Shown here: positions 8,748 to 16,658 of the stretch, one piece after another
Numbering within the stretch: the stretch's first letter is position 1
Layout: each line of letters begins with the position of its first letter
NCBI GenBank assembly: GCA_023251675.1
Contig: JAHEYJ010000003.1
Span: 1 to 55,456 of the forward strand
Direction of reading: 5' to 3'
DNA from: Bacteroidota bacterium
Lineage (GTDB): Bacteria > Bacteroidota > Bacteroidia > Palsa-948
Length of the DNA stretch: 55,456 bases
Notes under the pieces: generated by a model
Told to the model about the DNA's origin: nothing
Database searches by the model: none
The model's input: only the letters and a program-made list of their open reading frames with translations
Made by a program: the position numbers and the translations under genes

Positions 8748-9098
8748 TTAACGATTAATTGAAATTTCTTTTGCTTTCTGATTTTTTCTCTCGCGGATTT
8801 TATCGACATCTTCCGCTCTTCGTTCTCGTTTTGCGAGTTCTATGGCGTATTTTTCAAATCCCATCATTATTGTCTGCCATGAAGCCGTAGGAGGGCATAC
8901 CGGAAAATTATCGCAACTTGAAGTAAAATATGTATGATCTCCATTTCTGAATTCACGCTGGCCAACATATCCTAGCCACTTCTTCGATCCATCCGGCATG
9001 ACCTGCCTAACGGCACAATAGCCGCTGCCTGAAGGAAATGGAACGAATTCCAGCTTTATTTCCTGTGGTTCACTTTGCTCCTGTGATTTTCTTTTCAT
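8748..9098 (-). CDS. Small hypothetical protein (paralog family A, with C-terminal motif)
   Basis: Aligns by eye with 9546-9866 and 9871-10272. Ends RAEDVDKIRERKNQKAKEISINR. Confidence 0.7.
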   Translation of the reverse strand: MKRKSQEQSEPQEIKLEFVPFPSGSGYCAVRQVMPDGSKKWLGYVGQREFRNGDHTYFTSSCDNFPVCPPTASWQTIMMGFEKYAIELAKRERRAEDVDKIRERKNQKAKEISINR

Positions 9099-9134
9099 GC
9101 TCTCTTTGATTTTTATGGTTGCTGTTTGATTTAT

Positions 9135-9530
9135 TTATCGGAATAATTCCCGGCCTTTATTTTTAAAATATTTCTTTTGCCTGATATTTTTTACATCCTG
9201 TTCCCTGTCACTTTTCCCCGCAGCAAGGCCAACTACTGAATCCAAGACACCGCGGGAATGCTTCATGCTGTTTTCCATGAATACCTCCGCATCCTGTTGC
9301 ATCGAGTGGTTTTTTTTCTGAGGGCTTTTACTCTGTCTTATTTGATTTATTTCCTTTTCCCTTTTGGAAGAAAGATCCGACAGGTCTTTGGTTAAATTGA
9401 AAGTTATTTCCTGAAGCTTCTCTTTTACTGTCGGATTTTCTTTTCTTTCCCTGATTTGCTTTTGTATGGCGAGCTCCGGATTTTTTGGCTCATCCCATTT
9501 CTCTTTAGGTGTTTGGACTATTTTTCTCAT
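9135..9530 (-). CDS. Small charged hypothetical protein with two copies of the C-terminal motif
   Basis: Contains REKEINQIR internally and ends REQDVKNIRQKKYFKNKGRELFR. Confidence 0.65.
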   Translation of the reverse strand: MRKIVQTPKEKWDEPKNPELAIQKQIRERKENPTVKEKLQEITFNLTKDLSDLSSKREKEINQIRQSKSPQKKNHSMQQDAEVFMENSMKHSRGVLDSVVGLAAGKSDREQDVKNIRQKKYFKNKGRELFR

Positions 9531-9545
9531 GACTGTAATTTTTAA

Positions 9546-9866
9546 TTAATGAGTGATTGCCAGTTTGAGTTCCTTGAGATTCCTTTGCTCTCGTATCGCT
9601 TCAATTTCTTCTGCCCTTTCTATTTGCTCCAGCCTTCTCGCGTACCGCTCAAATTCATTCTCTACATCCGACCATGATGTGGTTTTGAGAAATGCATCTT
9701 CTGAATCCCTATTGTGGGAGACATATTCCACACAACCATCCTCGCTGCACTCTTGTGAAACAGAGCCGATGATTTCTTTCTTCCCATTAGATAATAGTCT
9801 GCTCACGATAATGCAATCCACGGCACTGAGCGGTACGCTGAACCGGGCATAAGTTTTTGCTTCCAT
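9546..9866 (-). CDS. Small hypothetical protein (paralog family A)
   Basis: NGKKEIIGSV...TTSWSDVENEFERYA, ending RAEEIEAIREQRNLKELKLAITH. Confidence 0.7.
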   Translation of the reverse strand: MEAKTYARFSVPLSAVDCIIVSRLLSNGKKEIIGSVSQECSEDGCVEYVSHNRDSEDAFLKTTSWSDVENEFERYARRLEQIERAEEIEAIREQRNLKELKLAITH

Positions 9867-9870
9867 GTTT

Positions 9871-10272
9871 CTATCGTTCTATTTGTTGTCCTTTATCTTT
9901 TTTTGAACTGCGAACATTCTTGAGTTCTCCTACCCGTGATTCTCCAATACTTTCCTTTTCAACTTGGTTTTGAGGAGTTTCAGGTGCAAGAATTTTTTCA
10001 TTCTGGATGAATTGATTTTTTAGTTCGTAAAGTTTTTCAGTTGGTTCGAATATGGCTTTGCCTTCGCGATCAACTGCTGTGTAGATGTATTTGTTCGCAT
10101 CTTGATTGTAGGTTTTAAAAACCTTTCCCATGAAGACTTTTTTACCATCTACCCTGGTCGCTACAGTCATAAAATGCTGTCCTTGTTTAGCATAAGCGTA
10201 TTCTGTGAATACGATTCTGCTATAAGCGAAAGGAGATCGCTGTTTTTTGGTTTGATCTTGTTGTGTTTCCAT
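9871..10272 (-). CDS. Small hypothetical protein (paralog family A, more divergent)
   Basis: DGKKVFMGKV...YTAVDREG...PTEKLYELKNQF, ending RVGELKNVRSSKKDKGQQIER. Confidence 0.7.
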   Translation of the reverse strand: METQQDQTKKQRSPFAYSRIVFTEYAYAKQGQHFMTVATRVDGKKVFMGKVFKTYNQDANKYIYTAVDREGKAIFEPTEKLYELKNQFIQNEKILAPETPQNQVEKESIGESRVGELKNVRSSKKDKGQQIER

Positions 10273-10309
10273 TGTGATTTGTTTTTATTGGTTGATTTAT
10301 AATTGATTG

Positions 10310-11695
10310 TTATTTCTCCAGTGATATTCCGTTGGATGATTTTCTCAGATCGTGTAATTCGTTCTGCCTTGATTCATTTTGCTCTGGGAATACGGAAAAA
10401 TTTTTGGCGGTCTGCCCGATTATTTTATCCGAAACATAATGGTCAGATAAAATTTTTGTACTTGAGTGCTGTGAAATAATCTGCGCGTTTGAAATTCCGA
10501 TGGCCGCAGATAATGAGCTTAGGTAGGTTTTACGGAGATTTTTATAAGTAGCCTCTTTTGAAAAGCTTAATTGCTTCCAGTAGTGGGTAAAGGAACGCGC
10601 CATAAATTTCCGCATGGTCTCCCTGTTCATCGTTTCGTCATCCGCCAGAATATATTTATCACTTCCCTTGAATTTCTCGTAGCCGAGTTCAATCAGTAAT
10701 TGTTTTAGATCTACTGTTATCGGCACGGATATTTTCTTGGGATTCTTCTCTAATCTCCCCTGCTGGCGTGATACTTTGAAGTCTGTTGCATTTACCGCTA
10801 ACAGTTCTCCCTGATTATTTAATACAATGTCTTTCCAGCGCATTTGAATAATTTCCTCGCTTCTGCGTCCGGTCATAAGCCCTAATTGTATTCCGTCTTT
10901 GACCCATGGGCGGTAAAAGTTTTTTATTTCTTTTCCTACTTTTTGAAGCCCAAGTTCAAGTATCTGCACTATGTCAAGCAAGGCATTGTATTCCTCTTTC
11001 GTTAAAACCTCTATGTTGTGCGTCTCAAGTTTTCTTACAACCCCTGCAAAGGGATTGATAGTCGCAAGCCCCTCTTGAATTAAGTGGTTATAGAGGGAAT
11101 ACATTCTCGTCATCCTGATGTTGTATGATCTCGCTCCCAGATTTTTTGACTCGATGTTCGCGTGGAATTTTCCGACCATAGGCTGGTCAACCTGCTTCGC
11201 CGTGAGTTCCTTTACGTTGTAGTGTTTCTTTAAACTCTTTATGAACTCGATAAATATTTTTTCTACCTCCCTGCAATATTTTTCTCCGCGCTTTCTGCGC
11301 TTGTGCTCCGGTGTGGATTCTCCTCCCCTGAGAAAATCCACGTACCGGCTCATGGCCTCAATGAGAAGCAGCGAACCCTCCTCTTTTTCCAGAGTGGGTA
11401 CTTGGAATTTTTCCCTGTGATGTTTGCCCTCTTTGACCTCTTGATAAAAAGCTGCTGATTGTGCCAATGCTTCTTTTAAAATTCTCGTGTCTAACTTCAT
11501 TGTCCTACGCTTGTCTGAATTTTTCTCGTATTCGACTGCCTTAAAAAATAAATCCGCTGGATGTAGACATTTTTGAAGCGGTTCTCCGGTTGCTTTGCAT
11601 GTATCAAATACAAGGGTGTTGCAGTACTTGCAGTAAACCTTCAAGCCGAATTCTCTTTTGTCTTTTGGTATGTACAGCGGTTTCATTTTTTGCAT
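10310..11695 (-). CDS. Tyrosine integrase of the element
   Basis: LMTGRRSEEI (catalytic Arg), YKNLRKTY (HxxR variant), SQHSS...SDHY (His/Tyr), and INPF in the core-binding domain. Confidence 0.9.
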   Translation of the reverse strand: MQKMKPLYIPKDKREFGLKVYCKYCNTLVFDTCKATGEPLQKCLHPADLFFKAVEYEKNSDKRRTMKLDTRILKEALAQSAAFYQEVKEGKHHREKFQVPTLEKEEGSLLLIEAMSRYVDFLRGGESTPEHKRRKRGEKYCREVEKIFIEFIKSLKKHYNVKELTAKQVDQPMVGKFHANIESKNLGARSYNIRMTRMYSLYNHLIQEGLATINPFAGVVRKLETHNIEVLTKEEYNALLDIVQILELGLQKVGKEIKNFYRPWVKDGIQLGLMTGRRSEEIIQMRWKDIVLNNQGELLAVNATDFKVSRQQGRLEKNPKKISVPITVDLKQLLIELGYEKFKGSDKYILADDETMNRETMRKFMARSFTHYWKQLSFSKEATYKNLRKTYLSSLSAAIGISNAQIISQHSSTKILSDHYVSDKIIGQTAKNFSVFPEQNESRQNELHDLRKSSNGISLEK

Positions 11696-11720
11696 CGTGC
11701 GAGTCTAACTCGTACTTTAT

Positions 11721-12092
11721 TTATTGTCCAGTAAGTTCCTTGTTGATTTCATTAAGGAAACGTTGCTGAGTTTTACTTTTCGGAATTGCCTTTTGTTTTA
11801 CAGTAGGTTTCTTCTTGTCTTGCTCAATTTCATCAAGGGCAGATTGAAGTTGAGCGAAGAGATTCATTTCGGATTTCAAAACTTCCATCCAGCGGTCTTG
11901 GTATTTTGCTTTGAGGTGGTTTATTCTTTCCTGTAGTTGAGCACGTTTAAACTGCGTTGCCAGCACATAGCGCGTTTTACCGGCTCCAAGAATTTCTATC
12001 TTATTCCTCTGTAGGTAATCAGATAAAGACCTGGAGTCCCGGTAAGGAAGCTCGGACTTTAAATCGCGGAAATATATTATCTCGATATTCAT
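11721..12092 (-). CDS. Putative excisionase / winged-helix DNA-binding protein
   Basis: Sits directly upstream of the integrase. The N-terminus (YFRDLKSELPYRDSRSLSDYL...GKTRYV) resembles MerR/Xis-type HTH. Confidence 0.5.
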   Translation of the reverse strand: MNIEIIYFRDLKSELPYRDSRSLSDYLQRNKIEILGAGKTRYVLATQFKRAQLQERINHLKAKYQDRWMEVLKSEMNLFAQLQSALDEIEQDKKKPTVKQKAIPKSKTQQRFLNEINKELTGQ

Positions 12093-12269
12093 TTACCCGC
12101 TTTCCTTTTTGATTTCTTCTTTTTTCTTTTAGGAAAAATTTTTTTACAAAAATTCTCTCTCAGGAGTGCATCGAGATTTAAATACCTGGCCTTGCTCTTT
12201 TGGAGCATCTTGAAAATTTGATCTTCGGATAATTTCTGTTTTTTCATTTGACTTAGGTTTTTTCTAAGG

Positions 12270-12277
12270 CAAATTTA
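12270..12277 (-). promoter_or_regulatory. Candidate Bacteroidota -7 promoter element (TAAATTTG) for the xis-int-mob operon
   Basis: Exact TAnnTTTG match in the intergenic gap, pointing into the leftward operon. Confidence 0.45.
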
Positions 12278-12290
12278 ACCAAAGGAAAAT

Positions 12291-12959
12291 TTAAAAGCGA
12301 GGAGTTTGTTCACTGAAAATTATTTTTAGTTCCGATGAACTTTCAGTGAACATTTTGGAGAGAACTATAAATATGCAGTTATTTAAAGTGTAGTTTGGAT
12401 TCTTTTCCTGCGCTTCTCTTACTTTTTTTCTCAATTCATTAGCTTCTTTTTTGATACTCCCAGAATTAAGAGGGTCTTCAGGATTATGACTTAGAAAAAG
12501 TGCGGGTATAATCATGTGCGGGCGTTGATCTTTGTGTATGATTCCTGCCCACCTCAGGGCTTCAAGAAAATATGCAGTATGTTTATTTTTTCTGTTATGA
12601 AGTTTAAATCCTTTTGGCAAAGCTTCATTGCGAATTCCGTCAATGTCAAAATTGTTTTCAAATTCATTGAATTGCTGCCGGACAATAATATTTTCTCTTT
12701 TAGTAAAAACATTATAGATAGCATTCAATATATTCTTGTCTTTAATCTTTAGAATTATTTTTTCTTTTGATTCTAGTAAAAATTCTTTTTGTGGATTATT
12801 TCTATAAGAGTGTTTTTCTATACTTATAAGTATCTTGTTTGCCAATAAAACCTCTTTGCTCAATTTTAAATGAAGCCGATTAATTTTAACATGGCTCCTC
12901 TTTAACTCTGCGAGTTCCGATTTAAGATTATATGTATGATCTTCTTGCATGACACACAC
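12291..12959 (-). CDS. Hypothetical protein (weak RteC-like resemblance)
   Basis: 222-aa ORF. YFLEALRWAGII loosely recalls RteC-type regulators. Start uncertain. Confidence 0.45.
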   Translation of the reverse strand: MCVMQEDHTYNLKSELAELKRSHVKINRLHLKLSKEVLLANKILISIEKHSYRNNPQKEFLLESKEKIILKIKDKNILNAIYNVFTKRENIIVRQQFNEFENNFDIDGIRNEALPKGFKLHNRKNKHTAYFLEALRWAGIIHKDQRPHMIIPALFLSHNPEDPLNSGSIKKEANELRKKVREAQEKNPNYTLNNCIFIVLSKMFTESSSELKIIFSEQTPRF

Positions 12960-12973
12960 TTATTGTGGTCTTT

Positions 12974-13105
12974 GCAAGAAACAGGGTTGGGCTTGACAAA
13001 CGAAAATCTATATAGATAATTAGACTGTTTGTAGCAAGAAGCCTTATTTCTTGCGCAGACCTCGGGGAAAACGCCTCGGGAACCCGCCATTGCAAGTGGC
13101 GGGTT
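12974..13105. other. Cluster of inverted and direct repeats, candidate oriT
   Basis: GCAAGAAA(12974)...TTTCTTGC(13054) with inner ACAAAC/GTTTGT arms and palindrome ATCTATATAGAT. CCTCGGG occurs twice. Hairpin AACCCGCCA/TGGCGGGTT at 13081-13105. Confidence 0.45.
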
Positions 13106-13109
13106 AAAT

Positions 13110-13139
13110 TTTGCCCAATACTTTTTCCCTGTATCTTTG
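13110..13139 (+). promoter_or_regulatory. Candidate Bacteroidota promoter TTTG-N18-TATCTTTG
   Basis: -33 and -7 consensus elements upstream of ORF 13185. Confidence 0.45.
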
Positions 13140-13184
13140 TCTATCGGAATGCAAGATAGTTCATTATAAAATATAATACAAAAA

Positions 13185-14432
13185 ATGCTGTGGAATTCCA
13201 GAGAATTCCTGTTTCTTCCTATGGATAAAGAAGAATTGGCAAATAGAAGAAAAGTATATATGAGATTTGTTTTGGATCATCTCCAAGACAATATGAATAT
13301 ATTAATTGAAAAAGATATTTATTCAATTAATTCCTTAATAGAAAGTCCAAAAAAATTTACTCGTTTTTCAGAAGGTTCAGAAAAAACATTCCGTGATGCT
13401 TTCAAACTTTTAAAGACCCCAGCGGATAAAACTTTAGAAACAATACAAAAAGTATTTAAAATTCCCATTTCATTTGGGGAATTTGAAGCCGAATTAGAAA
13501 AACCGAATTCTAAATACGCAAAATACAATCAAGAAGCGGGAAAAGAATCTTTAGAACAAATTAAAGAAGTTAAAGAGAGAAAAAATGTTAAAGAAAAGAA
13601 GAAACAAGTAGATTTTCATGATGACTTTCAAAAAGCTGTTTACACTTATCATAAAAAATTCAAAAATGATTGTTTTACTTGGGAAAGTGTAAATAACAAA
13701 ATAATTGAAGACTTATACATCTTAATAAAGTTAATGTATATCAAAAGAAAGTATGTAGACTGCATAGAATATATTCACGAACTAGGTCCATATATCCCTT
13801 GGAATTGGCGTTACTGGCTACATTCATTACAAGCATTTTGCTTGTTCAATCTAAAGGAATATAAACATGCGTTAAAAAATATACAAATTCCATATGATGA
13901 AAATCTTGATCTCAGTAATCACAATCATGACTTTGTTGACGATGAATTTGACAATGACGATGATAACACCTTTAATGGCATTAATCTACTTCTTGAAGGA
14001 GTAATTTATTACTTTCTAAATGATGCAAATCATGCATTAGAGAGATTTGATACAGCAATAAGTGTAGCACTTAATGACAGCTTATATACGATGTCGTTTA
14101 TGCAAGATGATTTTGAACTACATAAATCCGATAATAATTTACTGCTTTGTTTATATAGCAGCAAATATTTAATGTGTTTAGAATTAAATCTAATTCGGGA
14201 CGCAAATGATACGCTATCAAAATATGCTGATCTGCGAAAAAATTGCATTGATTGTTGGCACAAACATTCACACGCTGAAATAAAATTTCACTGGAAAAAT
14301 AAAAAAAAGAAAATAGCAAAAGAAGCAACCAAGTTAATGCTGAAAGAACATTTACTTTGGGTTGCGAATGGATTTCAGAAAGAATTAAATGTTGTAGGTA
14401 TAGAAGTTTATGAAGACTATGAAAATTTGTAA
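13185..14432 (+). CDS. TPR-containing protein, possible N-terminal HTH
   Basis: TPR-like helices (LQAFCLFNLKEYKHALKNI, LLEGVIYYFLNDANHALERFDTAI). PADKTLETIQKVFKI resembles the end of an Xre HTH. Confidence 0.6.
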   Translation: MLWNSREFLFLPMDKEELANRRKVYMRFVLDHLQDNMNILIEKDIYSINSLIESPKKFTRFSEGSEKTFRDAFKLLKTPADKTLETIQKVFKIPISFGEFEAELEKPNSKYAKYNQEAGKESLEQIKEVKERKNVKEKKKQVDFHDDFQKAVYTYHKKFKNDCFTWESVNNKIIEDLYILIKLMYIKRKYVDCIEYIHELGPYIPWNWRYWLHSLQAFCLFNLKEYKHALKNIQIPYDENLDLSNHNHDFVDDEFDNDDDNTFNGINLLLEGVIYYFLNDANHALERFDTAISVALNDSLYTMSFMQDDFELHKSDNNLLLCLYSSKYLMCLELNLIRDANDTLSKYADLRKNCIDCWHKHSHAEIKFHWKNKKKKIAKEATKLMLKEHLLWVANGFQKELNVVGIEVYEDYENL

Positions 14433-14459
14433 TTCAACAATTATTTTTAATTGTATTTG

Positions 14460-14479
14460 AGTGCGGTTTTAAGTGCGGT
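14460..14479. repeat. Tandem AGTGCGGT direct repeats, candidate integrase arm-type sites
   Basis: Two copies (14460-14467, 14472-14479), ~80 bp inside the att junction. Confidence 0.5.
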
Positions 14480-14559
14480 CTTTTGCTGGCTTTTGTGGGG
14501 ATTTGCAAAGTTGAATATTGAAAAACAGAGAAGATTTAAGGAAAGTAAAACTAAATTTC

Positions 14560-14601
14560 GCTTGTAAGGCAGATGCTCTGAACCAGCTGAGCTAAACTCC
14601 C
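14560..14601 (-). tRNA. tRNA-Val(TAC) 5' half only (att-site fragment)
   Basis: GGGAGTTTAGCTCAGCTGGTTCAGAGCATCTGCCTTACAAGC, then unrelated AT-rich sequence with no T-arm or acceptor 3' strand. Confidence 0.85.
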
Positions 14602-14645
14602 AATATTTTTTTTCCTCTCCGAACTTTCCGTTTCCACTCGATATT

Positions 14646-14680
14646 CTCTGAACCATCCGTCAGCTGACGGATAAACTCCC
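14646..14680 (-). pseudogene. Second degenerate tRNA-Val 5' fragment containing an 18-bp palindrome
   Basis: GGGAGTTTA-TCCGTCAGCTGACGGA-TGGTTCAGAG versus GGGAGTTTA-GCTCAGC-TGGTTCAGAG. A TATATTTG promoter element lies at 14692-14699. Confidence 0.65.
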
Positions 14681-14728
14681 AAAAAGGAGTGCAAATATAG
14701 ATAGTTTGGCAAAACGAGAAAAAAGAAA

Positions 14729-15775
14729 TCACTTGTCATCTTTATAGATGCCGATCCACGGTTTCCCGTCGCTTTTGATATATCCCCTGTACATTCCGGG
14801 AGTATTAAACGGCATCGTAATGTTTCCTTTGGAATCCATGGCGATCAGCCCGCCTTCGGCTTCCTGCGCTTTCAGTTTTTTCATCACCACTTCGTTTGCA
14901 GCCTGGTCAACGGTCATGCCTTTGTATTCCATCAGCGCGGAAACATCGTACGCCACCACGTTGCGGATGAAATACTCGCCGTGCCCGGTGCACGATACGC
15001 CGCAGGTTTTATTGTTCGCATACGTTCCGGCGCCAATGATCGGCGAATCACCGATGCGTCCCCATTTTTTGTTGGTCATGCCACCGGTGGAGGTCCCCGC
15101 CGCGAGGTTCCCGTATTTATCGAGCGCCACGCAGCCTACCGTTCCGAACTTCTTATCTCCGCTGAACTCAATATCGGTTGGCTTCACATAACCGGATGTA
15201 TCCGAAGAATGGTCGAGTTTAATATCGTCCTTCTTTTTCATTTCCTGGAACTGCTTCCATCTTTTTTCATCATAGAAATATTTCGGGTCTTCAATTTTCA
15301 AACCTTGCTCTTTAGCGAACTTATCCGCTCCGTCGCCCGACAGCATTACATGCGGAGATTTTTCCATCACGGCACGGGCGGCTTCAATGGGATTGCGGAC
15401 CGTATGCACTCCGGCCACCGCCCCGGCCTTGTTTGTTTTTCCATCCATAACAGCGGCGTCCATAGAATTGGTCCCGTCATTGGCAAACACCGCTCCTTTG
15501 CCGGCATTGAACAGCGGCGAATCTTCCATCACTTTAATGGTTGCGATCACGGCGTCCATGGAAGTGCCGCCTTTGCTGAGAATATCGTAACCGGTTTTCA
15601 TCGCTTCGTTGAGCTTGTCTTTGTACTGCTGTTCCAGTTCAGGCGACATATTTTCTTTGAGGATAGTACCGGCTCCTCCGTGAATTATAATGGCGAAGTT
15701 TTCCATGGGTTTGGTTTGTGCAAAGATTCCCGAAAAAATCCCTGCTGCGAATAATGTGGAGATTATTTTTTTCAT
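14729..15775 (-). CDS. iaaA: Isoaspartyl peptidase/L-asparaginase (Ntn hydrolase) with signal peptide
   Basis: IIIHGGAG, FNAGKGA, GTVGCVA (Thr nucleophile), TSTGG, GRIGDSPIIGAG. Start placed at MKKIISTLFAAG. Confidence 0.92.
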   Translation of the reverse strand: MKKIISTLFAAGIFSGIFAQTKPMENFAIIIHGGAGTILKENMSPELEQQYKDKLNEAMKTGYDILSKGGTSMDAVIATIKVMEDSPLFNAGKGAVFANDGTNSMDAAVMDGKTNKAGAVAGVHTVRNPIEAARAVMEKSPHVMLSGDGADKFAKEQGLKIEDPKYFYDEKRWKQFQEMKKKDDIKLDHSSDTSGYVKPTDIEFSGDKKFGTVGCVALDKYGNLAAGTSTGGMTNKKWGRIGDSPIIGAGTYANNKTCGVSCTGHGEYFIRNVVAYDVSALMEYKGMTVDQAANEVVMKKLKAQEAEGGLIAMDSKGNITMPFNTPGMYRGYIKSDGKPWIGIYKDDK

Positions 15776-15822
15776 TTGTCCAAATGTAGAAAAATTCAAA
15801 CTTGATTTAGTATTTTCGCCCT

Positions 15823-16641
15823 GTGAAGAATCTTGCATTCCTTATCAAGTACATCCGATATCAGTTTTCCGCCAAAACCGCGCACGGGATCCATTCCCCG
15901 TTCGTGTTCCAGCTGTACAATGAAGTGATCAATCATAAAGCGAACTATTACGCCTTTGACCGGATCGAACTTTTGCGAAATAAACTTCTCCAATCCAACG
16001 ATGAAATTGAAGTTAAAGATCTCGGCACCGGAACGTCAGGAAAAAGAAAAATAAGCCTAATCGCCGAACGCGCGGCAAAGAATAAAAAATACGGAGAACT
16101 GCTTTACCGGCTCGTTAACCGGTTCAAACCTGAAATCATCCTTGAACTCGGCACGTCGCTCGGCATCAGCACGGCATACCTGGCTTCTGCCAATCCGAAT
16201 TCCAAAGTAATCACTATCGAAGGCTGTCCGAGTACTGCCGGCGCGGCAAAAAAATGTTTTGAAGCGCTGGGATTAAAAAATATAGAGTCAGTTATAGGGA
16301 ATTTTGATTTTGAACTTAAAAATGTTTTAGAATCAGGTATCCTCGCCTCAGCGAGTCCGTCCTCTGGCGGAAGGAATCAGGAATCAAGGATTGACTTTGT
16401 ATTTTTCGATGGCAATCACAAGAAAGAGCCAACGTTAAACTATTTCACCCAATGCCTTGAATACGCACACAACGATTCCGTTTTTGTTTTTGACGACATC
16501 CACTGGTCGGATGAAATGGAAGAAGCATGGGAAGAGATAAAAAAACATCCGAAGGTGACGGTGACCATTGATCTGTTCTTCCTGGGGATCGTATTCTTCC
16601 GAAAGGAGCAGGTCAAGGAGAATTTTATTTTAAAGATGTAA
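15823..16641 (+). CDS. Class I SAM-dependent methyltransferase
   Basis: HGIHSPFV, LELGTSLGIS, FFDGNH, DDIHWS. Confidence 0.85.
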   Translation: MKNLAFLIKYIRYQFSAKTAHGIHSPFVFQLYNEVINHKANYYAFDRIELLRNKLLQSNDEIEVKDLGTGTSGKRKISLIAERAAKNKKYGELLYRLVNRFKPEIILELGTSLGISTAYLASANPNSKVITIEGCPSTAGAAKKCFEALGLKNIESVIGNFDFELKNVLESGILASASPSSGGRNQESRIDFVFFDGNHKKEPTLNYFTQCLEYAHNDSVFVFDDIHWSDEMEEAWEEIKKHPKVTVTIDLFFLGIVFFRKEQVKENFILKM

Positions 16642-16658
16642 TTCCTGAATTCTGTACG

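Larger units (their letters stand above)
1..14567. mobile_element. Integrative mobilizable element (partial) inserted at tRNA-Val
   Basis: int, xis-like, T4CP, MobC-like and relaxase genes. AT-rich composition ends at the truncated tRNA. No matching tRNA 3' half was seen in the window. Confidence 0.85.

Noticed and set aside
12143-12247. 34-aa ORF upstream of the excisionase-like gene
   Set aside because: Too short and featureless to support.
14560-14601. Intact or intron-containing tRNA-Val
   Set aside because: No T-arm or acceptor 3' strand was found downstream, and there is no group I intron-like sequence; the flank looks like an att arm.
14447-14739. ORFs 14447-14656 and 14551-14739
   Set aside because: They overlap the tRNA fragments and att region and have no protein features.
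14748-15754. Long antisense ORFs (also opposite ftsK, ACAD, fadN, pepA and others)
   Set aside because: Shadow frames of well-supported genes, with no motifs of their own.
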